The notes under the pieces: generated by a model
What the model was told of the DNA's origin: nothing
What the model saw: only the letters and a program-made list of their open reading frames with translations
Database searches by the model: none
Position numbers and translations under genes: made by a program
Shown here: one piece after another, positions 1-8,262 of the stretch
Position numbering within the stretch: position 1 is the stretch's first letter
How the letters are laid out: each line of letters begins with the position of its first letter
IMG/VR virus record: IMGVR_UViG_3300033273_000833
Coordinates: 96,001-160,000 of that record
Reading direction: 5' to 3' (one strand)
Source: a virus
Lineage: Duplodnaviria; Caudoviricetes
Length of the DNA: 64,000 bases

Positions 1-28
1 ATAAAGAAATACAATCAAAATATAAAAC

Positions 29-685
29 ATGAAAAAAGTAGTATCATTTTCTCTATGGGGCGATTGCGATCACTATACATATGGAGCCATTGAAAATGCA
101 AAAAGTATTGGGCGCGAATTTTATTCAGACTGGGAAAGCTGGTTCTATACGCACCCATCAGTAGGTCAAGATATTCAAGAAAAAATAAAAGAAGCTGGGG
201 GTAAAATTATTATGTCAGAAAGCTCTAAAGACTTTTCTATGCTTTTTGAAAGATTCAAGCCAATGTCTGATCCTAATGTATCAATTTTCGCCAGCAGAGA
301 TTGCGATTCTAGAGTTTCAGATAAAGAATATCAAGCCGTTCTGGAATGGGAAAATAGCGACTTTCAATTTCATGCAATGCGCGACCACTTCCATCATCAT
401 CTTTACGTCATGGGCGGACTATGGGGAGCAAAAACTGAAGGATTAATCAATACATCCCAAGCATACCGACAAATGATTGATTCATCTTTTGGAACCCATT
501 ATAACGACGATCAAAGATCATTGCATTTTTTATACAAAGAATATAGCAAAAATTTTTTGGAGCACGACGATAGACAAAGACATAAAGGAATAAAATTCCC
601 TAATCATAAACCCTTTAAATATGGCTCCTTCATAGGAGAGCGCATAACTTCTAATAATCAAGTCGGACCAATAGAAAGATGGTGA
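29..685 (+). CDS. Putative glycosyltransferase-like protein (type common in large viruses)
   Basis: 218 aa; N-terminal KVVSFSLWG and internal RDCDSR (DxD-like) motif; heads the sugar cluster. Confidence 0.5.
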   Translation: MKKVVSFSLWGDCDHYTYGAIENAKSIGREFYSDWESWFYTHPSVGQDIQEKIKEAGGKIIMSESSKDFSMLFERFKPMSDPNVSIFASRDCDSRVSDKEYQAVLEWENSDFQFHAMRDHFHHHLYVMGGLWGAKTEGLINTSQAYRQMIDSSFGTHYNDDQRSLHFLYKEYSKNFLEHDDRQRHKGIKFPNHKPFKYGSFIGERITSNNQVGPIERW

Positions 686-1362
686 ACCACAATAAAGACA
701 TTTTATTCAGATCCCACCTAGGGCTTGGAGATCAAATATCTTGCTGTGGCATTGTTCACTATCTTAGAATTGAACTTCAAAAGAAAATACATGTACTAAC
801 TAAAACTCGGAATGTGCAAAATATATCTTTTTTATACAAGGATTACGAAGACATTGAAGTCGTAGAGATACCAGGAATAAATGAAGATCAAGAATCCAAT
901 CAAATATCAAAAGATTTAAATTTAAATGTAATTAGAACGTTAATACCGCATGGCAGACATCTTTCAGATATATACTGGGACAAAGCTTTTTATGACCTCT
1001 TAAATTTAGACTACAATATAAAATATACACACTGGTCATCTCCTAAGCTTAATGAGCGGCATATAATTGAAAAATACTGCCCAAAAGAAGATTTCGCCTT
1101 CGTTTTTGATGATGAGCGCAGAGGCTTTACATTTCAAGCTTCAACTAACCTACAAGTAGTAAAAAATATACCAGACTTGAATATTTTTGAAATGGAGCCT
1201 ATAATAAAAAGAGCTAAAGAGCTTCATATAATGAATGGCGGCCTACTCTGCCTAATTGAAATGTTAGATATACCAAAAGAAAACCAAAAAGCATTTTTTT
1301 ACCCGATTAGGGATAATTTAAATTTCAGAAATAAAGAAAAATACAAAATAATTTCTACATGA
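679..1362 (+). CDS. Hypothetical glycan-pathway protein (GT-B-like start HLGLGDQI)
   Basis: 227 aa; SHLGLGDQISCCGIV resembles the GLGD motif of GT9/GT11-type enzymes; overlaps both neighbours. Confidence 0.4.
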   Translation: MVNHNKDILFRSHLGLGDQISCCGIVHYLRIELQKKIHVLTKTRNVQNISFLYKDYEDIEVVEIPGINEDQESNQISKDLNLNVIRTLIPHGRHLSDIYWDKAFYDLLNLDYNIKYTHWSSPKLNERHIIEKYCPKEDFAFVFDDERRGFTFQASTNLQVVKNIPDLNIFEMEPIIKRAKELHIMNGGLLCLIEMLDIPKENQKAFFYPIRDNLNFRNKEKYKIIST

Positions 1363-2060
1363 AAATAAAAAACGTTATATTATGCGGAACAAACTGGGCA
1401 GGCTGCAAAGCCTTAGAGATCCTGCATTCGAGAAAAGATGTAAATCTATATGTTTATACAGAGCGAAGACCTTATTATATTAATGATATGGAAAACTACT
1501 GTAAAAAATTAAAAATAAATTATTCTTTAGAAAAAATTAAAAAAGAGAACCTTCCTTTTAATCCAGACATAGTGATTTCAGTATATTACTCTTATATCAT
1601 TCCAGCGGAGGTATTGACAAAAAACAGCTTCAATCTCCATCCGTCGTTATTGCCAAAATACAGAGGTTGTAGCAGTCTAACTTGGGCTTTAATAAATGGA
1701 GACAAAGAAGCTGGCTTTACATATCACTTCATGAATGAAAAAATCGATGACGGTAAAATAATTCTTCAAGAAAGAGTATTAATAGAGGAATTTGATACTC
1801 AAGAAACCTTATATCAAAGAACAATGTTTGAAGCCTTAAAATTTTTCAATAAAGTGTTATCGTTAATTGAAAATGGTTACGCAGGCTCAGAACAAAAAGG
1901 AACTATAACATATAATAAAAGAGGCTGCCCTCATAGCGGAGAAATAGATGAATCCTGGGCCATTGACAAAAAAGAGCGTTTTATAAGAGCCATGATATAC
2001 CCTCCTTTAAAATGTGCAACATATAAAGGGAAAGAAATTAAGTCGATAAATGAACTTTAA
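1359..2060 (+). CDS. Nucleotide-sugar N-formyltransferase (Fmt/WbkC/ArnA-N family)
   Basis: NLHPSLLPKYRG, GFTYH and IDDGKII formyltransferase motifs. Confidence 0.85.
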   Translation: MKIKNVILCGTNWAGCKALEILHSRKDVNLYVYTERRPYYINDMENYCKKLKINYSLEKIKKENLPFNPDIVISVYYSYIIPAEVLTKNSFNLHPSLLPKYRGCSSLTWALINGDKEAGFTYHFMNEKIDDGKIILQERVLIEEFDTQETLYQRTMFEALKFFNKVLSLIENGYAGSEQKGTITYNKRGCPHSGEIDESWAIDKKERFIRAMIYPPLKCATYKGKEIKSINEL

Positions 2061-2106
2061 ATTTTAAAATTATGGAAATAAATAAATTTAACTATATAAT
2101 AATATT

Positions 2107-2415
2107 ATGGCAGATACAATAGGCAGTTTAATAGATAAATTAATTACAGCTGATCTTAAAATGTGGAATAATCAAGAGATTTATTACGCAATTAGGCACA
2201 TGGATTTCGATCAATTCAAAAAAGAATACTTGTCTAACGAAAAAGATCAAGAAGCGATCTTTAATTGTTTCAAAAAAGTTGCAGACCTTAATGTTCAAAG
2301 AAATTCAATTATCGATGAGATAGATGAAAAAATCATAGACATTATAAAATCTGGCTTATCTGGAAAAGATTTAGATGACGGAAAGTTTATTCAACGAAAA
2401 CACAAAACTTATTAA
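2107..2415 (+). CDS. DUF4254-like helical protein
   Basis: DTIGSLIDKL..ADLKMW and DLNVQRNSIIDEID pattern recalled for DUF4254. Confidence 0.5.
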   Translation: MADTIGSLIDKLITADLKMWNNQEIYYAIRHMDFDQFKKEYLSNEKDQEAIFNCFKKVADLNVQRNSIIDEIDEKIIDIIKSGLSGKDLDDGKFIQRKHKTY

Positions 2416-2445
2416 ACAAATATCAGTCGAATTTAGAGGCAGACA

Positions 2446-3579
2446 ATGATACCAATTTACAAGCCTTATTTACCTCCCAATAGCCTGCGATATGCGCACG
2501 AAGCTATAGATTCTGGCTGGATATCTTCTCAAGGAAAATACGTCTCTCAGGCAGAAGATATGGTTAAAGAAAAAAATCAATCTAAATTCGCCCTCTTAAC
2601 CAATAGCGGAACTTCTGCGACCCATTTACTTTCTATAGGCCTAAAGCACAAATACCCTGACATAGATACATTGATTGTTCCAAACGGCGTATATGTTGCC
2701 GCGTGGAATAGCTTCATGATGTCAGAAGATTATATTTTTAGAGTTGCCGAAATGAATCCAGACACCTGGAACTCAAACTATATTGACGCAATACATGCAG
2801 AGCATAACCTAAAAGACATTATACCTCATTTAGATCACGCAAGAATGATCGGCGTTCTCGTCGTTCACAATCTTGGGAATATAGTGAATGTACCTAAAAT
2901 TCAAAACAGCATTCGCAATTGGAGTAATCGTACCATTTTTGTTGAAGATAATTGCGAGGGTTTTTTAGGTTCATACAACAACACCTTAAGCGGTAACGCT
3001 TCATTACTTTCTTCTGTCTCTTTTTTTGGAAATAAAACCATAACAAGTGGCGAGGGCGGAGCAGTTTTCACTAATGACGAAGAATTATTTGAGCACCTCA
3101 ACTCCGTTAAAAATCAAGGAAACTGTTCTGGTAATTATATTTTCAATAAATTAGGTTACAATTATCGCATGACCAATGTTCAAGCTGCCATACTCCTAGG
3201 GCAACTAGAAATCTTAGATGAAATATTGGAAAAAAAGCGGACAATATTCAATACTTATAAACAAGAATTATGCATGGTTGATGAAATAGATTTTCAGGAA
3301 GCCGAAGTAGATACATCACATTCAAATTGGATGTTTTCTATAAAATGCAAATTAAAATCAGCAGCAGATTTACAATTAAATTTATACAGAAACAAGATTG
3401 ACTCACGCAGTATGTTCCCTCCAATAAATCAACACAAACACTTAAGTCAACATGCTCATGACTGCGTCGCAGATGAGCTATGGAGGAGCGTTTTAATGCT
3501 GCCCAGTTACCCTGAATTAACAAAGCCTGAAGTTGTATGCATTTGCAAACATATTAAAAATTATTTTAAAAAGAATTAA
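2446..3579 (+). CDS. DegT/DnrJ/EryC1/StrS PLP aminotransferase, perosamine-synthase-like
   Basis: SGWISSQG, VEDNCE, SFFGNKTITSGEGG (PLP lysine), GYNYRMTNVQAA. Confidence 0.9.
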   Translation: MIPIYKPYLPPNSLRYAHEAIDSGWISSQGKYVSQAEDMVKEKNQSKFALLTNSGTSATHLLSIGLKHKYPDIDTLIVPNGVYVAAWNSFMMSEDYIFRVAEMNPDTWNSNYIDAIHAEHNLKDIIPHLDHARMIGVLVVHNLGNIVNVPKIQNSIRNWSNRTIFVEDNCEGFLGSYNNTLSGNASLLSSVSFFGNKTITSGEGGAVFTNDEELFEHLNSVKNQGNCSGNYIFNKLGYNYRMTNVQAAILLGQLEILDEILEKKRTIFNTYKQELCMVDEIDFQEAEVDTSHSNWMFSIKCKLKSAADLQLNLYRNKIDSRSMFPPINQHKHLSQHAHDCVADELWRSVLMLPSYPELTKPEVVCICKHIKNYFKKN

Positions 3580-3588
3580 TGAAATCCA

Positions 3589-4851
3589 ATGAATAGTAAA
3601 TTAATTATACCAAAAGCTTGTTTCGAGAAGCAATTTGGTTTTTGCCTCATCAATCATGACGACAAAAAAGCTTACCGTTTTGTAACAAAAGAATGTTCGA
3701 ATTTTTTGAAATCTAATGCTTACCAATCTAAATCTTCGGATTTATGGATTCAAGCTAAACATATAAACCAGAAAGAAATAGACTATCCCCATCAACCTAA
3801 TCTTGAACTATTCGAGGTTGATTATGTCCAAAATGTATTTTATTGGACTGAAATGTCATTTTTTGATATCAAAAAAAGCTTGATTAAATTGTGTGATATT
3901 TGTATTTTTTTAAGTGAAAACAACTATAGCATACAATCCCATTTATGGAATATTGTCCTTCAAAAAGGTGAGCCGATTTTAATTGACTTAGGGGATTTTA
4001 AACATGGCGCTAATAAATATTTTGTATTTGAAACAATAAGGAGTACTCTAAAAGAGCATTGCGAAGAACATCATTGTCCTAAAAATTTGCACGGGAAAAT
4101 TTGGATAAAAAACTATAAAGATATTTTGAGTAGAATTAATGATCTTCAAAATAATATTAATATATATCATGCCAGTGATTTATCGAAAAAATTGAAAGAT
4201 ATTATTTTGTCTATCGAAATTAATTTAGAGAAACATTATTGGGATAGCTATCCTGCACAAAAAAACATACCGAAAGACCGCAATGAAATACTTAAATACG
4301 CTCAAAATAATTCAGGCGCCAAAAGCTTGAATTTATGCAAAATAATTTCAAATGAAAAACCCAAAACTCTGATTGATATCGGATGCTCTAGAGGTCTGTA
4401 TTCTACATACGCTACTTTATCTTGTGAAGCAACTTGCACAGGTATAGATTATAGCCACGAGTTAGTTTCATCAGCTAACGAGCTTTCTAGAAACTTAAAC
4501 CTAAATAATAATTTTGCTTTCATAGATCTATTAAATCTAAAAAAATATGGATTTAAAAATGCTTATGAAAGTTTTTTAGAGCGATTTAGATGCGAAATGC
4601 TTATAGCCCCTGCTGTTATTCATCACTTGAATGGTCGGGGCGTTCTATTAAAGGATATCATTAACCAATGGTGCAAAATCACTTCTAATTGCTTGATGAT
4701 TGAATATATTAGCAAAGATACCCTTGGTAATGAAATAAGTTTGGATGCTATAAAAAACTACCTTGCTTTGAATAGATTTTCAGATATAAAAATTTTAGAT
4801 TCTAGTTCTGTAGACAGAAAATGGATTTACGCTAAAAAACTTTTAAATTAA
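3589..4851 (+). CDS. NoeA-like protein: kinase-like N-terminus plus class I SAM methyltransferase
   Basis: YWTEMSF...HLWNIV..GEPILIDLGDF followed by LIDIGCSRG and APAVIHHL. Confidence 0.6.
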   Translation: MNSKLIIPKACFEKQFGFCLINHDDKKAYRFVTKECSNFLKSNAYQSKSSDLWIQAKHINQKEIDYPHQPNLELFEVDYVQNVFYWTEMSFFDIKKSLIKLCDICIFLSENNYSIQSHLWNIVLQKGEPILIDLGDFKHGANKYFVFETIRSTLKEHCEEHHCPKNLHGKIWIKNYKDILSRINDLQNNINIYHASDLSKKLKDIILSIEINLEKHYWDSYPAQKNIPKDRNEILKYAQNNSGAKSLNLCKIISNEKPKTLIDIGCSRGLYSTYATLSCEATCTGIDYSHELVSSANELSRNLNLNNNFAFIDLLNLKKYGFKNAYESFLERFRCEMLIAPAVIHHLNGRGVLLKDIINQWCKITSNCLMIEYISKDTLGNEISLDAIKNYLALNRFSDIKILDSSSVDRKWIYAKKLLN

Positions 4852-4906
4852 AATATATAAAATATATCGGTTTAAAAACCTTAATTGTGTAATATAATTT
4901 TATAGA

Positions 4907-5959
4907 ATGAAGAAAATTATCATAACAGGAGTAACAGGTCAAGACGGTAGCCACATGGTAGACTATCTCTTAAAATTATTTAACGAAGAGTTTGGTAAAA
5001 CAGACTACATGATATACGGATCGATAAGAAGGTTAAGTGTCAAGAATCATGAAAACATTTTACATCTAGAAGATGAGCCTAGATTTCAGTTAATTGACAT
5101 GGATCTAAATGATCCTCACAGTATTCGTGACGTGGTCATCGATATTCAGCCTGATTACTTTATTAACTTTGCGGCTCAATCCTTTGTGGCAGGAAGCTGG
5201 AAATATCCAATACAAACGTGGGACACTGATGCAGATGCCGTTCTTCATATTTTAGAATCAATTCGTAGATTTGCACCAAATTGTAGATTTTATAATGCTG
5301 GATCATCTGAAGAATTTGGAGATGTCATTTATAGCCCTCAAGACGAAAAGCATCCACTTCGCCCTCAATCTCCTTATGGAGCTGCAAAATGTGGTGCTAG
5401 GCATATAGTCAGAGTCTATAGAGAATCTTATGGTCTATATGCAGTTCAAGGCTGGTTATTTAATCATGAAGGAACTCGCAGAGGACTTGACTTTGTAACT
5501 CGAAAAATTACTCATACTATCGCTAGAATTAAAATTGCTCTTGAAAATAACAAACCCCTACCAATTCTTAAACTTGGAAACTTAGAGGCTAAAAGAGACT
5601 GGAGTGACTCAGAAGATTTTATGGAGGGAGTATGGTTAATGCTAAATCAAGACGCTCCTAAAAATTATGTTCTAGGAAGCGGTGAAATGTTTACTGTTAG
5701 GGAGTTTTTAAATATTTGCCTTAAATATGCTGGTATTGAGTTTGAAACTAGAGGCTCTAATGATTCCGAAGAATATTATACAAAAGAAGGTGCTCTATTT
5801 TTTCAGGTAGATCCTAAATTTTATCGACCTGCAGAAGTTCATGAGCTGTGTGGAGATCCATCTCTTGCTGAAAAAGAATTAGGCTGGGTAAGAAAAACTT
5901 CATTCGAAGCCTTAGTAAAAAAGATGTACGACAATGACTACCAATTACTCAATCACTAA
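4907..5959 (+). CDS. gmd: GDP-mannose 4,6-dehydratase
   Basis: ITGVTGQDGSHM, NFAAQSFV, PQSPYGAAK, FNHEGTRRG, LGNLEAKRDW. Confidence 0.95.
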   Translation: MKKIIITGVTGQDGSHMVDYLLKLFNEEFGKTDYMIYGSIRRLSVKNHENILHLEDEPRFQLIDMDLNDPHSIRDVVIDIQPDYFINFAAQSFVAGSWKYPIQTWDTDADAVLHILESIRRFAPNCRFYNAGSSEEFGDVIYSPQDEKHPLRPQSPYGAAKCGARHIVRVYRESYGLYAVQGWLFNHEGTRRGLDFVTRKITHTIARIKIALENNKPLPILKLGNLEAKRDWSDSEDFMEGVWLMLNQDAPKNYVLGSGEMFTVREFLNICLKYAGIEFETRGSNDSEEYYTKEGALFFQVDPKFYRPAEVHELCGDPSLAEKELGWVRKTSFEALVKKMYDNDYQLLNH

Positions 5960-6908
5960 AGATTCAAAAATTTTCATCGCAGGCCACAGAGGAATGGTCG
6001 GCTCTGCGACATTAGATTGTCTTAAAGCTCAAGGCTATCAAAACATCGTAACTAAAAACAGGAAAGAGCTTGACTTAACAAACCAAAAAGATGTTGATTC
6101 TTTTTTTGAAAAGGAACAAATCAACATTGTTATTCTATGCGCGGCAAAAGTTGGAGGGATACTCGCCAACAATACTTATAGAGGAGATTTCCTTTATGAT
6201 AATTTACTCATTAGTGCAAACATTATTAAAGCCGCCCGAGATTGCTCTGTAGGTAAATTAATCAATCTAGGCTCGTCTTGCATTTATCCTAAAAATTCGG
6301 ATTTACCAATTAAAGAAGAAAGTCTTTTGAGCGGATTTCTAGAGTCTACAAACGAGCCTTATGCTATAGCTAAAATTGCGGGATTAAAATTATGCGAAGC
6401 ATTCTACCACCAATACTCTAGTAATTTTTACTCAATTATGCCATGCAATTTATACGGCGAAAGAGATAATTTTGACCTCAAAAGCTCTCACGTACTTCCT
6501 GCGTTTATTAACAAATTCCATACTGCAAAAGAAAGTGATTTAGATTTTGTTAAAATTTGGGGCTCAGGAAAACCTAAAAGAGAATTTTTGCATGTTAGGG
6601 ATTTGGCTAACGCTATACTGTTTTGCTTGGAGAATGTTGAAGCTGAAGACATATACAAGTACAATATTTCTCACTTGAATTGCGGTTCATCTCAAGAAGT
6701 TTCTATCCTAGAGTTAGCCAACTTGATTAAAAAAACTGTAAAATATAAGGGCGAAATCAGATTCGATAAATCGAAGCCAGATGGAACTTTTAGAAAAGTT
6801 ATGAACAATAATAGAATCTTCAAATTAGGCTTTTTACCTCAGATATCTCTCGAGGATGGGATTAAACAAACATATAATTGGTATATAAAAAATAATGAAA
6901 AAAAATAA
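5934..6908 (+). CDS. fcl: GDP-L-fucose synthase
   Basis: IAGHRGMVGS, AAKVGGILAN, LGSSCIYPK, TNEPYAIAKIAG, GSGKPKREFLHV. Confidence 0.95.
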   Translation: MTTNYSITKDSKIFIAGHRGMVGSATLDCLKAQGYQNIVTKNRKELDLTNQKDVDSFFEKEQINIVILCAAKVGGILANNTYRGDFLYDNLLISANIIKAARDCSVGKLINLGSSCIYPKNSDLPIKEESLLSGFLESTNEPYAIAKIAGLKLCEAFYHQYSSNFYSIMPCNLYGERDNFDLKSSHVLPAFINKFHTAKESDLDFVKIWGSGKPKREFLHVRDLANAILFCLENVEAEDIYKYNISHLNCGSSQEVSILELANLIKKTVKYKGEIRFDKSKPDGTFRKVMNNNRIFKLGFLPQISLEDGIKQTYNWYIKNNEKK

Positions 6909-7818
6909 ATTTTTAGTAACTGGTGGAGCTGGATTCATTGGTAGTAATCTTGTTGACTTATTAATAGAAGAAGGTCACGAAGTAACTGTTGTGGATAATT
7001 TATCAACAGGCAAAGAGTCAAATTTAAACCCAAAAGCGAATTTTGAAATACTTGATATAAGTCATTCTTGCAATCAAGAAAAACTGACCAAGTTAATGGT
7101 TGGTTGTGATGGCGTTTTTCATCTTGCGGCTCTTGCCAGGGTTCAGCCTTCGATTGAAGACCCTAATGAATTTAATAAACAAAACGTTAATGGAACACTA
7201 AATGTTATTGTTGCTGCTCGCGACTCAAAAGTTAAAAGAGTGGTGTACAGCGCCAGCTCCGCCGCTTACGGGGACGCTGAAGTTTTACCTACTCCAGAAG
7301 ATTTCCCAACCGACCCTTTGAGTCCTTATGGTTTACAAAAATTAATTGGAGAACAGTATTGCAGAGTTTTTTATCATTGTTACGGTTTAGAGACTGTTAG
7401 CCTTCGCTATTTTAATGTTTTTGGGGAAAGGCAGTCTCTAGATAGTGGCGCTTATAAACTGGTTATGAGTGTATTTGCACAGCAAAGGCTGGAGGGAAAG
7501 CCTCTGACGATAACAGGAGATGGCGAACAGCGTAGAGATTTTACCTACGTTGGGGATGTTGCTAGAGCAAATCTTTTGGCAATGACTTCAGAAAATGTTG
7601 GAAGCGGAGAAGTTATTAATATAGGCTGCGGAGATAATCGTTCAGTAAATCAGCTCGCTGATCTTATGGGCGGGGAAAAAACATATATAGAAAAAAGGCT
7701 TGAACCTCAAGAAACCCTTGCCGACAACAGCAAAGCTAAAAAACTCTTAGAATGGGAGCCAACCGTGTCAATTGAAGAATGGGTTCCAAAATATAAAAAA
7801 TCCTTAAATATTGATTAA
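6895..7818 (+). CDS. NAD-dependent nucleotide-sugar epimerase/dehydratase (extended SDR)
   Basis: TGGAGFIGS, YGLQK (YxxxK), LRYFNVFG, GDGEQRRDFTYV. Confidence 0.9.
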   Translation: MKKNKFLVTGGAGFIGSNLVDLLIEEGHEVTVVDNLSTGKESNLNPKANFEILDISHSCNQEKLTKLMVGCDGVFHLAALARVQPSIEDPNEFNKQNVNGTLNVIVAARDSKVKRVVYSASSAAYGDAEVLPTPEDFPTDPLSPYGLQKLIGEQYCRVFYHCYGLETVSLRYFNVFGERQSLDSGAYKLVMSVFAQQRLEGKPLTITGDGEQRRDFTYVGDVARANLLAMTSENVGSGEVINIGCGDNRSVNQLADLMGGEKTYIEKRLEPQETLADNSKAKKLLEWEPTVSIEEWVPKYKKSLNID

Positions 7819-8051
7819 TGTCTGATAAATATACTGGCCCAAATGATTTTGACGAACAGACTGATGCATTCAGATTTGATTTAGATTCTTTAGTAGATAG
7901 ATATTTGCAAGAATTTGATATTAATGTCTTTACTATAGCAGGTGCATTGATGGAAAAAATCAAAGAAGTTTTAGGTGATGATATTGTATTCAATATAGAA
8001 GAGCCAGAAGAAGAGTCAGAAGAAGAGAATGACAATGATGATGAAATATAA
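7818..8051 (+). CDS. Small acidic hypothetical protein
   Basis: 77 aa, translationally coupled to the epimerase, acidic C-terminal tail. Confidence 0.55.
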   Translation: MSDKYTGPNDFDEQTDAFRFDLDSLVDRYLQEFDINVFTIAGALMEKIKEVLGDDIVFNIEEPEEESEEENDNDDEI

Positions 8052-8057
8052 GGAATC

Positions 8058-8225
8058 ATGACAGAAAGGCAAAAAAAATATTTTGCAACCGAAAAAGGGA
8101 AAAAGTCTCTAGAAAAAGCTAGAAAAAAATATGACGAATCAGATAAAGAAAGACGCAAAGAGCAAAAAAGAGAGTATATGCGCAGAAAAAGAGAAAAAGA
8201 TCCAAATTATTGTAAATGGAAATAA
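8058..8225 (+). CDS. Small Lys/Arg-rich hypothetical protein (not in ORF track)
   Basis: 55 aa MTERQKKYFATEKGKKSLEKARKK..., preceded by AAGGA. Confidence 0.55.
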   Translation: MTERQKKYFATEKGKKSLEKARKKYDESDKERRKEQKREYMRRKREKDPNYCKWK

Positions 8226-8262
8226 AATTGTGTAATTTGATAAAAATTACATATAATATATT

